Assembly: GCA_028716965.1 (NCBI GenBank)
Contig: JAQUOV010000004.1
Span: forward strand, 140,298 to 204,297
DNA from: Candidatus Omnitrophota bacterium
GTDB lineage: Bacteria > Omnitrophota > Gorgyraeia > Gygaellales > Profunditerraquicolaceae
Reading direction: 5' to 3'
Length of the DNA stretch: 64,000 nucleotides
In this document: one piece after another, positions 18,581-27,696 of the stretch
Layout of the letters: the number at the start of each line of letters is the position of its first letter
Position numbering within the stretch: position 1 is the stretch's first letter
The notes under the pieces: model-generated
What the model saw: the letters and a program-made list of their open reading frames with translations, nothing else
Databases searched by the model: none
Told to the model about the DNA's origin: nothing
Made by a program: the position numbers and the translations under genes

Positions 18581-19156
18581 ATGTTTACGGGCATAATTGA
18601 GGAGTTAGGAAAAGTTAAAAGAATAACCTATCGTGGCAGGGTTATGGTGCTTGAGGTTTCAGCGCAGAAGACGCTTTACGATGTCAGAATTGGAGACAGT
18701 ATCTCGCTTAACGGGGTGTGCCTGACGGTAACTTCCATTAAGGGTGGCGCTTTATGTTTTGAAGTAATGGCTGAAACGTTTAAGAAAACAAACCTTGGGT
18801 TGCTTAGGGTAGGCGAGGAAGTAAATATTGAGCGCAGCCTTAAGCTTGGGGATAGGTTATCCGGGCATTTTGTTACAGGGCATATTGATTGTTTAGGTTT
18901 GATCCGCAGGAAAGGGATGCATAAGGGGAACCTGGCTTTTGAGATTGCCGTACCGGAAAGTTTTATACGTTACTGCCTGCCTAAAGGGTCTATATCCCTT
19001 GATGGTATAAGCTTGACTTTAGCAGACAGGCGCGCGAATATTATCAGCGTTTATGTTATACCTCATACCCTTAAAAATACGACTTTAAGCTTTAAAGGTA
19101 CGTCTGACAAATTGAACGTGGAATTTGACATCCTCGCCAAAAGAAATTCTGCCTGA
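18581..19156 (+). CDS. ribE: Riboflavin synthase alpha subunit
   Basis: Two lumazine-binding repeats (MFTGII...GxSxxxNGVCLTV). Confidence 0.9.
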   Translation: MFTGIIEELGKVKRITYRGRVMVLEVSAQKTLYDVRIGDSISLNGVCLTVTSIKGGALCFEVMAETFKKTNLGLLRVGEEVNIERSLKLGDRLSGHFVTGHIDCLGLIRRKGMHKGNLAFEIAVPESFIRYCLPKGSISLDGISLTLADRRANIISVYVIPHTLKNTTLSFKGTSDKLNVEFDILAKRNSA

Positions 19157-19168
19157 TTCTTTCTGTTA

Positions 19169-19197
19169 TTGCGTAAGCTATAAATTTTTGGTATACT
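19169..19197 (+). promoter_or_regulatory. Candidate promoter upstream of the structured leader and tRNA-Pro (TTGCGT-17-TATACT)
   Basis: TTGCGT at about 19169, TATACT at about 19192-19197. Confidence 0.4.
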
Positions 19198-19317
19198 ATT
19201 TAATTAGGTATTTTACGGCACCCCGCGCAGAACGGAATTGCGCGGGTGCCGTGCTTGTGCACGGGGCGTGGTCATCCCGCACAAACCATGCGGGATTTCG
19301 CCACGCAAGATGTAATA

Positions 19318-19392
19318 CGGGGCGTGGCTCAGTTTGGCTAGAGCGCAGCGTTCGGGACGCTGAGGTCACAGGTTCAAGTCCTGTCGCCCCGA
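19318..19392 (+). tRNA. tRNA-Pro (anticodon CGG), CCA not encoded
   Basis: Cloverleaf folded by hand: acceptor CGGGGCG/CGCCCCG, D-arm GCTC..GAGC, anticodon stem CAGCG/CGCTG with loop TTCGGGA, T-arm ACAGG-TTCAAGT-CCTGT, discriminator A. The 3' flank is ACA. Confidence 0.85.
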
Positions 19393-19546
19393 CATAAATT
19401 TAACGAGTGGACAACTTATGAAGTGATAACGACATAAGTTGTAGCGTAAGCGTCCATGAGTTAATCCCGTTATCTGCCAGCGGTACTTTTGGCACAATGC
19501 GCAAAAGTACCGCGGAGCGGTTAGATAACGGGAGATAGCTTAGGCT

Positions 19547-19840
19547 ATGAAAAAGCAGTTGCATATTTATTATTCGGGCAGGGTCCAGGGAATAGGCTTT
19601 CGTTATACCATACGGGAGATCGCGAATTCTTTGAAGGTCTGCGGCTGGGTTAAGAATTTAGACGACGGCCGCGTAGAGGTATTGGCGGAAGCCGAAGAAG
19701 GGGCCTTGGATAATTTTCTTGAACAGGTAAATCAGCACTTTTCCCGTTATATCAGAGAAGCCAGCACAGATTGGCAGATGGACAGCCTGTCTGCCGGCAG
19801 GAAAGACGGTCAATTCCGCGATTTTCAAGTTACATTCTAA
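19547..19840 (+). CDS. acyP: Acylphosphatase
   Basis: VQGIGFRYT and GWVKNLDDGRVEV signature motifs. 97 aa. Confidence 0.85.
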   Translation: MKKQLHIYYSGRVQGIGFRYTIREIANSLKVCGWVKNLDDGRVEVLAEAEEGALDNFLEQVNQHFSRYIREASTDWQMDSLSAGRKDGQFRDFQVTF

Positions 19841-19846
19841 TCTTTA

Positions 19847-21856
19847 TTGGACAACCACATGCCCGCCCAAATCAGGAAAAAGATCGAGTCGTTAAAAGAA
19901 AAACTGAGAAGATACGATTATTCCTATTATGTTTTAAGCCAGCCCCAGGTTTCCGATAAAGAATATGACGATTTAATGCTTAAACTAAAGTCGCTTGAAG
20001 AGCAATATCCGCAGTTACGCACCGATGATTCTCCCAGCCAGCGCTTGAGTTCGGCAATAAGCCCGGGTTTTAAGACGGTTAAGCATAAAACCGGAATGTT
20101 CTCATTGGATAATACCTATTCTATTGATGAATTAGCCGGTTGGGATGAACGTGTGCGCAAAGGATTAGGAAGCGCTGCCGCTTATGAATATGTTGTTGAG
20201 CTTAAAATAGACGGAGTAAGCGCCAATTTGACTTATCTAAAGGGCAAGCTTACGGTAGGCTCAACGCGCGGTGACGGCCAGACAGGCGAAGACGTAACCG
20301 CGAATATAAAAACAATCCGCGCTATCCCTTTGCTTTTATTGGGAAAGGATATCCCGGATTTTATTGAGATCCGCGGCGAAGTGTATATGGATAAGAAAGA
20401 TTTTTCGCAGGTTAACAAAGAACGTATTGATAATGGCGATGTTTTGTTCGCTAACCCGCGTAATGCTACCAGTGGTTCGCTGAAGTTGCTGGACAGCAGC
20501 ATTGTCGCTAAAAGGCACCTTAATTTCTTCGCGCATTCCTTGGGCGCCTGCAGCAACCATACCATAAATACGCAATGGGAATTTCTGACCAGGCTTAAAG
20601 GTTGGGGAGTGCGTTCAAATATGCATTCCGAACTTTGCCGCAATATAGATGAAGTAATCGCTTACTGTAACAGGTGGCAGCAGAAACGCGATGAGTTAAG
20701 TTATGAAATCGACGGGGTAGTGATTAAGTTGAATAGCCTGAGCCAACAGAAGGAGCTGGGGTTTACCGCCAAAAGCCCGCGCTGGGCAGTGGCATATAAA
20801 TTTGCCGCCCGGCAGGCAACTACCGAAGTAACAGCCATTAAAGTCAACGTCGGCCGCACGGGGGTAATTACCCCGACAGCGGAACTTAGGCCTGTGGAGT
20901 GTTCAGGGGTAATTATAAGTAATGCCACTTTGCATAATTTTGATGAAATAAACAGGCTGGGGTTGCGTGAAGGAGACCGTGTGCTCATCGAGCGGGCCGG
21001 AGATGTGATACCGAAAGTAGTAAAAGTGATGGAACAAAGAGGCAGGAAAGCTTACGCTATTCCTGGAAAGTGCCCTGCCTGCGGGGAAAAGATCGTTAAA
21101 GAAAAAGAGGAGGATGTGGCTTACCGTTGCATAAACTCTGATTGCCCGGCGCAGCTTGAACGGGCGCTTTTGCACTTTGCCAGCCGCGATGCCATGGATA
21201 TTGAGGGTATGGGCGAAGCAGTGATTGCCCAACTGGTAAGTTTAAAAATACTTAAAAGCCTGGCGGATATTTATAATAAGCTGAACATGGAAAACTTATT
21301 GAGGCTTGAATTGTTTAAAGAAAAAAAGGCCGGCAACTTGTTGAATTCCATTGAAAAGAGTAAAGAGCGGCCTTTAGCGCGCCTGATTTTTGCTTTGGGT
21401 ATAAGACACGTAGGCCAGAAAGCCGCAAATACCTTGGCCGAAGAGTTTGGAGATATACAGAGGCTTATGCAGGCAAGGGCGGAAGACCTTGACAAGATAC
21501 CGGAGATAGGCCAGGTTATGGCAGGCTCTATTTCAACCTATTTTAATCTCAACCGGAACAGGAGTTTAATCCAGGAGTTAAGAGATTCCGGAGTTAATAT
21601 GCATCAGGCTCCTGCCAGCTTTAAAGCCAACAGGCTTACAGGTAAGACAGTGGTTTTTACCGGAGAATTGTACGGGTTCTCGCGCAGCCAGGCAGAGGAG
21701 CTGGTACGCCGGTCTAAAGGCAAGCCGACCTCCAATATAAGCAGCAAGACCGATATTCTGATAGCTGGGCTAAACGCAGGAACAAAATTAAAAAAGGCCA
21801 GGGAACTGGGAGTAAGGGTTATTGGCGAAGATGAATTTAAGGAGATGGTTAAATGA
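19847..21856 (+). CDS. ligA: NAD-dependent DNA ligase
   Basis: KIDG adenylation motif, OB fold, four-Cys zinc finger, HhH repeats and a BRCT domain. Confidence 0.95.
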   Translation: MDNHMPAQIRKKIESLKEKLRRYDYSYYVLSQPQVSDKEYDDLMLKLKSLEEQYPQLRTDDSPSQRLSSAISPGFKTVKHKTGMFSLDNTYSIDELAGWDERVRKGLGSAAAYEYVVELKIDGVSANLTYLKGKLTVGSTRGDGQTGEDVTANIKTIRAIPLLLLGKDIPDFIEIRGEVYMDKKDFSQVNKERIDNGDVLFANPRNATSGSLKLLDSSIVAKRHLNFFAHSLGACSNHTINTQWEFLTRLKGWGVRSNMHSELCRNIDEVIAYCNRWQQKRDELSYEIDGVVIKLNSLSQQKELGFTAKSPRWAVAYKFAARQATTEVTAIKVNVGRTGVITPTAELRPVECSGVIISNATLHNFDEINRLGLREGDRVLIERAGDVIPKVVKVMEQRGRKAYAIPGKCPACGEKIVKEKEEDVAYRCINSDCPAQLERALLHFASRDAMDIEGMGEAVIAQLVSLKILKSLADIYNKLNMENLLRLELFKEKKAGNLLNSIEKSKERPLARLIFALGIRHVGQKAANTLAEEFGDIQRLMQARAEDLDKIPEIGQVMAGSISTYFNLNRNRSLIQELRDSGVNMHQAPASFKANRLTGKTVVFTGELYGFSRSQAEELVRRSKGKPTSNISSKTDILIAGLNAGTKLKKARELGVRVIGEDEFKEMVK

Positions 21857-22347
21857 GATTAAAGAAGATAGTTTTGCTTTTACTATTTTGTGTTTTGCTG
21901 CTGGATATGGCAGGGTGCGAATCTTTTACCCGTAAATTCACCCGTAAATCCAAGAAGAATGACCAGGCGGTTGAAATGGTCCTTGCCCCCGAGGAATATA
22001 AAGGGCCGAATATGACTAAAGAAGAGCTTTACCGGCAGTATTTTCTGTTCTGGAAATCGTGGCAGGGTGAATTGAAGAATGCGTTTACCCAGAAGTTAAG
22101 CCTTAAAAAGAAGGAAGATTGCGCTCAGGAGGCGTTGAAGAACCTGGTGAATATGAAGAATATGCTGGTACCGGAGATGCAAAAGAGCATTGACGTGTAT
22201 ATTAATAAGACCATTGACCTTTTGGATTCTATAAGAAATGATGTTTACGGCATCAATGACAGCCGTAACCTTAATATTGCCGAAGGTATTGAGTCGGATA
22301 TCCATAAAGGTTTTGTTTACCCAAGAATAAAGAATTATTTAAAATGA
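21853..22347 (+). CDS. Hypothetical lipoprotein
   Basis: Signal peptide with a lipobox (LDMAGC). 164 aa, no recognised domain. The start overlaps the ligA stop by 4 nt. Confidence 0.45.
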   Translation: MRLKKIVLLLLFCVLLLDMAGCESFTRKFTRKSKKNDQAVEMVLAPEEYKGPNMTKEELYRQYFLFWKSWQGELKNAFTQKLSLKKKEDCAQEALKNLVNMKNMLVPEMQKSIDVYINKTIDLLDSIRNDVYGINDSRNLNIAEGIESDIHKGFVYPRIKNYLK

Positions 22348-22964
22348 TATTAGAAACAGTTAATGTCGGGGCAATGCAGGTTAATTGTTATATACTTGCC
22401 TGCGCAGAGGGAAGGAAGGCTGTAATTATTGATCCCGGCGACCAGGTGCATAAGATAAAGGCCGTTTTGGCCAGGCATAAGCTAAGCCCCGCGATGGTGA
22501 TTAATACCCATGGCCATTATGACCATATCGGAGGGGATGATGAATTTGGGGTTTGCGTGCATGTGCATAAGCAGGATTTGACAATGCTTGAAAACGCAGC
22601 CCGGAATCTTTCTGCCAGCTTTGCTCTGCCCTATAAAGTCAAATCCGAGATCAAGGTTTTAGGGGACAAAGAAACCATTGTAGTGGATTGCCTGGAATTA
22701 GAGATCCTGCACCTGCCCGGGCATACAGCAGGAGGCATTGGGATCTTAATGAAAAAGCCGCAGACGGGTATTGTCTTTACCGGGGATACATTATTTTTCC
22801 AGGGGGTTGGACGCTGCGATTTACCCGGGGGAAGCGAATACCTGCTTAATAAATCAATAAAGGAAAGATTGTTTACTTTGCCTGATGACACAAAGGTTTA
22901 TCCCGGTCACGGCCCGGAAACTACTATAGGCATAGAAAAGGCAAATAACCCATTTATAAGATAG
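22344..22964 (+). CDS. MBL-fold metallo-hydrolase (glyoxalase II-like)
   Basis: THGHYDHIGG metal-binding motif. Confidence 0.8.
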   Translation: MILETVNVGAMQVNCYILACAEGRKAVIIDPGDQVHKIKAVLARHKLSPAMVINTHGHYDHIGGDDEFGVCVHVHKQDLTMLENAARNLSASFALPYKVKSEIKVLGDKETIVVDCLELEILHLPGHTAGGIGILMKKPQTGIVFTGDTLFFQGVGRCDLPGGSEYLLNKSIKERLFTLPDDTKVYPGHGPETTIGIEKANNPFIR

Positions 22965-23031
22965 AATGAATCAGGCGCCTGGTAATGAAAACCATGCGCT
23001 TTAATGAATTCAATAAGGAAGAGGGTGCGGG

Positions 23032-23919
23032 GTGAAAGAACTTATTGGCTCATTTTTAGATTATCTTTCGGTTGAACGCGGCCTGGCCAAGAATACCACC
23101 ATTGCTTACCGCCAGGACCTGAATATTTACCTGGATTTTATGAGCAAGCGCAATATAAGCGCTCTTTCCAGGATTTCCAAGAATGATATTATTGAGTTCA
23201 TGCTTTCTGAAAAGGGAAAGGGTGTTTCTCCGACCAGTATCTCCCGTCGGCTGGCAGCCGTACGCATGTTCCATCGTTTTCTGGCCAGGGAAAGGGTTTT
23301 GAAGGATGACCCTACGGCCTTGATCGATTCTCCGAAATTATGGAAGAAGGTCCCGGATACTCTTTCCTTGAATGAAGTAGAGACGTTGATCAGCCAGCCT
23401 GACGTGCGGCTGCGCCAGGGGGCAAGGGATAAGGCTATCCTGGAGACTCTTTACGCTACGGGTATGCGTGTTTCCGAGTCCACCAATCTTAAGATTAATA
23501 ACGTTAATCTGGATATCGGTTTTTTGCGTTGTATCGGCAAAGGCAACAAAGAACGGGTTATCCCTTTGGGGAAGAAGGCAATCAATACTATCAAAAAGTA
23601 CCTGGAGTTTAGCCGGCCGCATTTCCTGAAGAATAAAGTATCGGAGTTTCTTTTTATAAACCGTTCCGGCAACAAGCTGTCCCGGCAGTCGGTTTGGAAA
23701 TTAATCAAGCAGTATGCCAAAGAAGCCAAGATCAAGAAACCGATAAAGGTACATACCTTAAGGCATTCGTTTGCCACGCATTTATTGGAAAGAGGGGCGG
23801 ACCTGCGTTCGGTACAGGAGATGCTCGGCCATTCTAACATCTCTACCACCCAGATCTATACGCATATAGACAGAGACAGGCTTAAGAAGATACATAAGAT
23901 GTTCCATCCCAGGCCATAA
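23032..23919 (+). CDS. xerD: Tyrosine recombinase XerC/XerD family
   Basis: C-terminal catalytic motifs R...HTLRHSFATHLLERGADLRSVQEMLGHSNISTTQIYTH. Confidence 0.8.
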   Translation: MKELIGSFLDYLSVERGLAKNTTIAYRQDLNIYLDFMSKRNISALSRISKNDIIEFMLSEKGKGVSPTSISRRLAAVRMFHRFLARERVLKDDPTALIDSPKLWKKVPDTLSLNEVETLISQPDVRLRQGARDKAILETLYATGMRVSESTNLKINNVNLDIGFLRCIGKGNKERVIPLGKKAINTIKKYLEFSRPHFLKNKVSEFLFINRSGNKLSRQSVWKLIKQYAKEAKIKKPIKVHTLRHSFATHLLERGADLRSVQEMLGHSNISTTQIYTHIDRDRLKKIHKMFHPRP

Positions 23920-23928
23920 AGGCAGCGG

Positions 23929-25287
23929 ATGATATATAACAGGCAGAAGGTAAAGGTTATGTATAATATGAAAGAATACTTAAAGAAAATTCCGCACGCA
24001 ATAAAGCGCCTGTTTGTTTTGGTAAAAGAGGTTTCTAGGGAAACTAAGATGCCGGCATATCTGGTCGGTGGTTTTCCGCGCGACCTTATCTTGGGAGCTA
24101 TGGACTGGGATCTGGATATAACCGTTGAAGGAGACGGTGTTAAATTCGCCGAGGTCCTGGCCGGCAAATTAGGCGCAGCTTTAATAAAACATGAAAGGTT
24201 CAGGACCGCCACAGTCATCCTTGACCATCGGGTAAAGGTGGATATTGCTACTACCCGTAAAGAAATTTACCCCTTCAGCGCTTCATTGCCGCTGGTCAGC
24301 CCCGGCTCTCTACGGGAAGACCTCTTCCGCCGTGATTTTACTATCAATGCCATGGCGTTTGGCCTTTCCGAAAGTATGGATTGGGAACTTATTGATATCT
24401 TTGGCGGAAAAGATGACCTGGCAGCAGGTAAGATCCGCGTGCTGCATGACCTAAGTTTTAAGGACGACCCTACGCGCATCTTAAGGGCTGTCCGTTTTAA
24501 GCAGCGCTATAACTTTAAGATTGAACCCAAAACGCTCTGCCTTTTAAAAGAGGCCGTAAATTCAGGTTTACTGGAAAAGGTCAATCCTCATAGAACGCGC
24601 GATGAGCTGATATTAATGCTCAAAGAGAGAAATCCTTCGGCGCAACTTAAACAGCTTAGCGCTTTGGGCGCTCTGTCTTTCATCAGCGATAAGCTAAGGC
24701 CCGGCAAACTAACTTATGATTTGTTTAAGTCCGTGCATAAAGAGATTATCTGGTTTATGCAAAATTTTCCCTTCCATAGGCAGTTTGAGGCATGGCTTAT
24801 TTATTTTGCTGCGCTCTTGAGGCCGCTGGCTTTGCCCGAGATTAAAAAGGTTGCGCGCAGGCTGGGCTTATCTAAAAAGGAAGAGCAGAAGATTGTCAGT
24901 TGCCGTAAAATTAATCAAAGGCTTATCCGGCGTTTGAAAAACAGACATATTACACCGGCAGAGATCTTTGGCTTACTCAAACCTTTAAGTTATGAAACAG
25001 TCATCCTGCTGCGCTCTGTTTCGCATGATAACGCCTTCAGGAAGCATATCGCGGATTTCCTCAAGATTTATAACGGAGTACGCCTTTGCATATCCGGGGA
25101 TGATTTATTCCGGCTGGGTGTTTTGCCGGGTCCAAGATATCAAAAGATATTAAATAAGGTATTGGCGGCCAGGCTTAACGGCAAAGTAAAAAGCCGCCAG
25201 GAAGAGCTTGCTTTGATCGGAAGGATATTAATGCATAAGAACGGAGAAGAAAAATGTCCAGACATGAGCGCGTTGAAGAAGCGATAA
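23929..25287 (+). CDS. cca: tRNA nucleotidyltransferase (CCA-adding enzyme) / poly(A) polymerase head-domain family
   Basis: GGxxRD...DxD nucleotidyltransferase motif (GGFPRDLILG...DLDITV). Confidence 0.75.
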   Translation: MIYNRQKVKVMYNMKEYLKKIPHAIKRLFVLVKEVSRETKMPAYLVGGFPRDLILGAMDWDLDITVEGDGVKFAEVLAGKLGAALIKHERFRTATVILDHRVKVDIATTRKEIYPFSASLPLVSPGSLREDLFRRDFTINAMAFGLSESMDWELIDIFGGKDDLAAGKIRVLHDLSFKDDPTRILRAVRFKQRYNFKIEPKTLCLLKEAVNSGLLEKVNPHRTRDELILMLKERNPSAQLKQLSALGALSFISDKLRPGKLTYDLFKSVHKEIIWFMQNFPFHRQFEAWLIYFAALLRPLALPEIKKVARRLGLSKKEEQKIVSCRKINQRLIRRLKNRHITPAEIFGLLKPLSYETVILLRSVSHDNAFRKHIADFLKIYNGVRLCISGDDLFRLGVLPGPRYQKILNKVLAARLNGKVKSRQEELALIGRILMHKNGEEKCPDMSALKKR

Positions 25288-25694
25288 AGAAGGAAGTCAG
25301 CCTGATTATCCATGATGAACTTAAAGACCCGCGCATAGGTTTTGTTACGATTACCCGGGTAGAATTGAGCAAGGATTTAAGGAACGCCAAAATCTTCTAT
25401 AGCGTCCTGGGGAAAGAAGAGGAGCACCAAAAAACGATGGTGGCATTAGATTCCGCCTTAGGTTTTATCCGCAGTCTGGTTGCCCAGAGAATTAACCTGC
25501 GTTTTGCCACCGAACTTATGTTTCAGGAAGACCGTTCAACCGAGTATAGCATAAGGATTGAAGAGGTATTGAATAAAATAAAAGAGCTTGACCGGTCCCG
25601 GGATGCTTCAGGAAGAGCAGCAGGGGTGAAGAGAAGAAAGGAAGGGCAGGATAGTGGGCCTAAAAAGAATATGCGCAAGCATAAAAAAGTATAA
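25254..25694 (+). CDS. rbfA: Ribosome-binding factor A with a basic C-terminal extension
   Basis: The N-terminal 110 aa match RbfA (RxxRVxExIxxEVS...). A K/R-rich tail of about 35 aa follows. Confidence 0.8.
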   Translation: MSRHERVEEAIKKEVSLIIHDELKDPRIGFVTITRVELSKDLRNAKIFYSVLGKEEEHQKTMVALDSALGFIRSLVAQRINLRFATELMFQEDRSTEYSIRIEEVLNKIKELDRSRDASGRAAGVKRRKEGQDSGPKKNMRKHKKV

Positions 25695-26625
25695 TAATTT
25701 CCTGATTACAGCGCACACCCGTTTGGAAGGGGATGCTTTAGGGGCAGAGCTTGCTTTTTACGCCTTAATCCGGAAATTAGGCAAGCAGGGGGTAATCCTG
25801 AATGAAGACAATATCCCTTACGGCCATGAGTTTCTTCCGGGGGTAAAGAAAATCCGCAGGCTGGATGCCGGATCGCCTTATATTAAATTTGGCTGCTTGG
25901 TAGTGCTGGATTGCGCTGATTTAAAGCGCACCGGAGAGGTATGGCGGCTGAATAAGGAAAATAAGCCCATTTTAAATATTGACCATCATATTAGTAATCA
26001 GGGGTTCGGGGATGAAAATTGGGTTGACCCGCATGCTTCGTCTTGTTCCGAAATGGTCTATCGTATTTACAAGCAGATGCGTTTGCCTATCGCTAAGCCC
26101 GAAGCCATCGCCATGTATACCGGGATAATGACAGACACAGGGTCATTCCGGTATTCCAACACCACCAGTTTTACCCACCAGGCTTCTGCCGAGCTATTGA
26201 AATTCGGGATTAATGTACCGCTTATCTACCGCTACGTTTATGAGAACCTGGCCTTAGAGGAAACAAGATTATTGGTTAAATTGCTTCCAAGGATACACTT
26301 TTCTGCGCAGGGCAGGATAGCTTATTTTAAACTTAACCGAAGTATAGCAAAGGACGGCACTATATCCATGGATTTAGGAGACCAGCTTTTGAGTTTTGCC
26401 CGGGCAATTAAAGGGGTGGAAGTAGTAATCTTGTTCAGGGAGAACCTGGAAGCCGGAGATCTTGTGCGTATTAATTTAAGAAGCCAGGGGAAAGTAGATG
26501 TAAATAAGGTAGCCGCATTTTTTGGCGGAGGGGGGCATAAAACCGCCGCAGGCTGCACCCCGCGCGGAGATATTAATAAGGTTATTAAAAAGGTCCTTGC
26601 CAGGATCCGGCAGGTTTTAAGATAA
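25654..26625 (+). CDS. nrnA: DHH-DHHA1 phosphoesterase NrnA (oligoribonuclease / pAp phosphatase)
   Basis: DHH motif (IDHH) and a C-terminal GGGGH DHHA1 motif. GTG start inferred. Confidence 0.8.
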   Translation: MGLKRICASIKKYNNFLITAHTRLEGDALGAELAFYALIRKLGKQGVILNEDNIPYGHEFLPGVKKIRRLDAGSPYIKFGCLVVLDCADLKRTGEVWRLNKENKPILNIDHHISNQGFGDENWVDPHASSCSEMVYRIYKQMRLPIAKPEAIAMYTGIMTDTGSFRYSNTTSFTHQASAELLKFGINVPLIYRYVYENLALEETRLLVKLLPRIHFSAQGRIAYFKLNRSIAKDGTISMDLGDQLLSFARAIKGVEVVILFRENLEAGDLVRINLRSQGKVDVNKVAAFFGGGGHKTAAGCTPRGDINKVIKKVLARIRQVLR

Positions 26626-26631
26626 CCATAG

Positions 26632-27543
26632 ATGATCATCATCACCAGTACCAACAAAATACCAAAGTTTAATAACCCCGTAGTTGCTCTAGGGGTTTTT
26701 GACGGACTGCATCGCGGCCACCGTAAGATACTGCAGTGCGCAGTCAGGAAAGCGCGCAAGATCAAAGGCACAAGCATAGCTTTGACCTTTTCCCCCCACC
26801 CCCAGAAGAAAAAAAGCCTTTATTCCCTGAAGCACCGCTTAAGGTTAATTTCCGAGTTAGGCGTAGAGGTGTGCATCGTAATTAATTTCAGCCCAAGTTT
26901 TGCGAAGATGAGCGCAACCGATTTTATCGCAAAAATACTGGTCAAAAAGATCCGCTCCCGGTTTATATATATCGGGGAGAATTTTCATTTCGGAAAAGGC
27001 GCTTCAGGTGATTATAGATTGCTGGCCAAGTATGCTAAAGAAAATAATTTTATTGTTAAAATATTCACAGTAATCAAGTCTGACGGCCGTCCGATCAGCA
27101 GCACCGCAATAAGAAACCTGATCAATAACTCTGAGATTAAAGAAGCAGAAAGGCTGCTTGGCCGTAAGGTAAGCGTTTTAGGCTCGGTAATCAGGGGCAG
27201 CAGGATTGCCAGGGCATTAGGGTTCCCTACGGCCAATATCAACCCCCATCATGAGATTATTCCGCCGGCAGGTATTTACGCGGTACGGGTTATATTTTCC
27301 GGCAAGCAGTATAACGGGATCTGTTATATCGGAAGCAGGCCTACGGTCTGCGTCAGGAAGGAGCCCCTTCATGTTGAGGTGCATATATTCGGTTTTCATA
27401 AAAAAATATATGGGAGGTTCCTTGAGATCCAGTTTGTAAAATTAATCCGTCCGGATAAGAAATTTGCCTCGCTAAAAGATCTCTCCATTCAAATCAAAAG
27501 AGATATAATCTCCTGCCGTAAGATCTTGAAAAGCCGCCGTTAA
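26632..27543 (+). CDS. ribF: Bifunctional riboflavin kinase / FMN adenylyltransferase
   Basis: GVFDGLHRGH FAD-synthetase motif and a C-terminal riboflavin kinase domain. Confidence 0.9.
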   Translation: MIIITSTNKIPKFNNPVVALGVFDGLHRGHRKILQCAVRKARKIKGTSIALTFSPHPQKKKSLYSLKHRLRLISELGVEVCIVINFSPSFAKMSATDFIAKILVKKIRSRFIYIGENFHFGKGASGDYRLLAKYAKENNFIVKIFTVIKSDGRPISSTAIRNLINNSEIKEAERLLGRKVSVLGSVIRGSRIARALGFPTANINPHHEIIPPAGIYAVRVIFSGKQYNGICYIGSRPTVCVRKEPLHVEVHIFGFHKKIYGRFLEIQFVKLIRPDKKFASLKDLSIQIKRDIISCRKILKSRR

Positions 27544-27619
27544 ATACCACAATAACTGGCCATTTGCATTCCTAAATGCACAATCTATTGTATTTTCTAT
27601 ATGTTAGGAAATTTTTTTC

Positions 27620-27648
27620 TTGACAAAAGGGGGTATTTTGTCTATACT
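27620..27648 (+). promoter_or_regulatory. Promoter of the dcw cluster (TTGACA-17-TATACT)
   Basis: TTGACA at 27620-27625, exact 17-nt spacer, TATACT at 27643-27648. Confidence 0.65.
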
Positions 27649-27658
27649 TTTGCTATTG

Positions 27659-27684
27659 AGTGGATAGAAGTGGAGTAAAGTGGA
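27659..27684 (+). promoter_or_regulatory. Putative MraZ operator: three AGTGGA direct repeats with 10-bp phasing
   Basis: AGTGGA at 27659-27664, 27669-27674 and 27679-27684, between the -10 box and the mraZ start. Confidence 0.6.
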
Positions 27685-27696
27685 AGAGAGGAAAAA

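Noticed and set aside
19125-19397. 90-aa plus-strand ORF
   Set aside because: It spans the structured leader and the whole tRNA-Pro gene. G/C-rich hairpin DNA gives a spurious open frame.
23032-23919. Tyrosine recombinase near a tRNA as an integrative-element marker
   Set aside because: It is a housekeeping Xer-type recombinase about 3.6 kb from the tRNA with ligA between them. No att-like duplication of the tRNA 3' end, phage genes or GC shift, so no evidence of an island.
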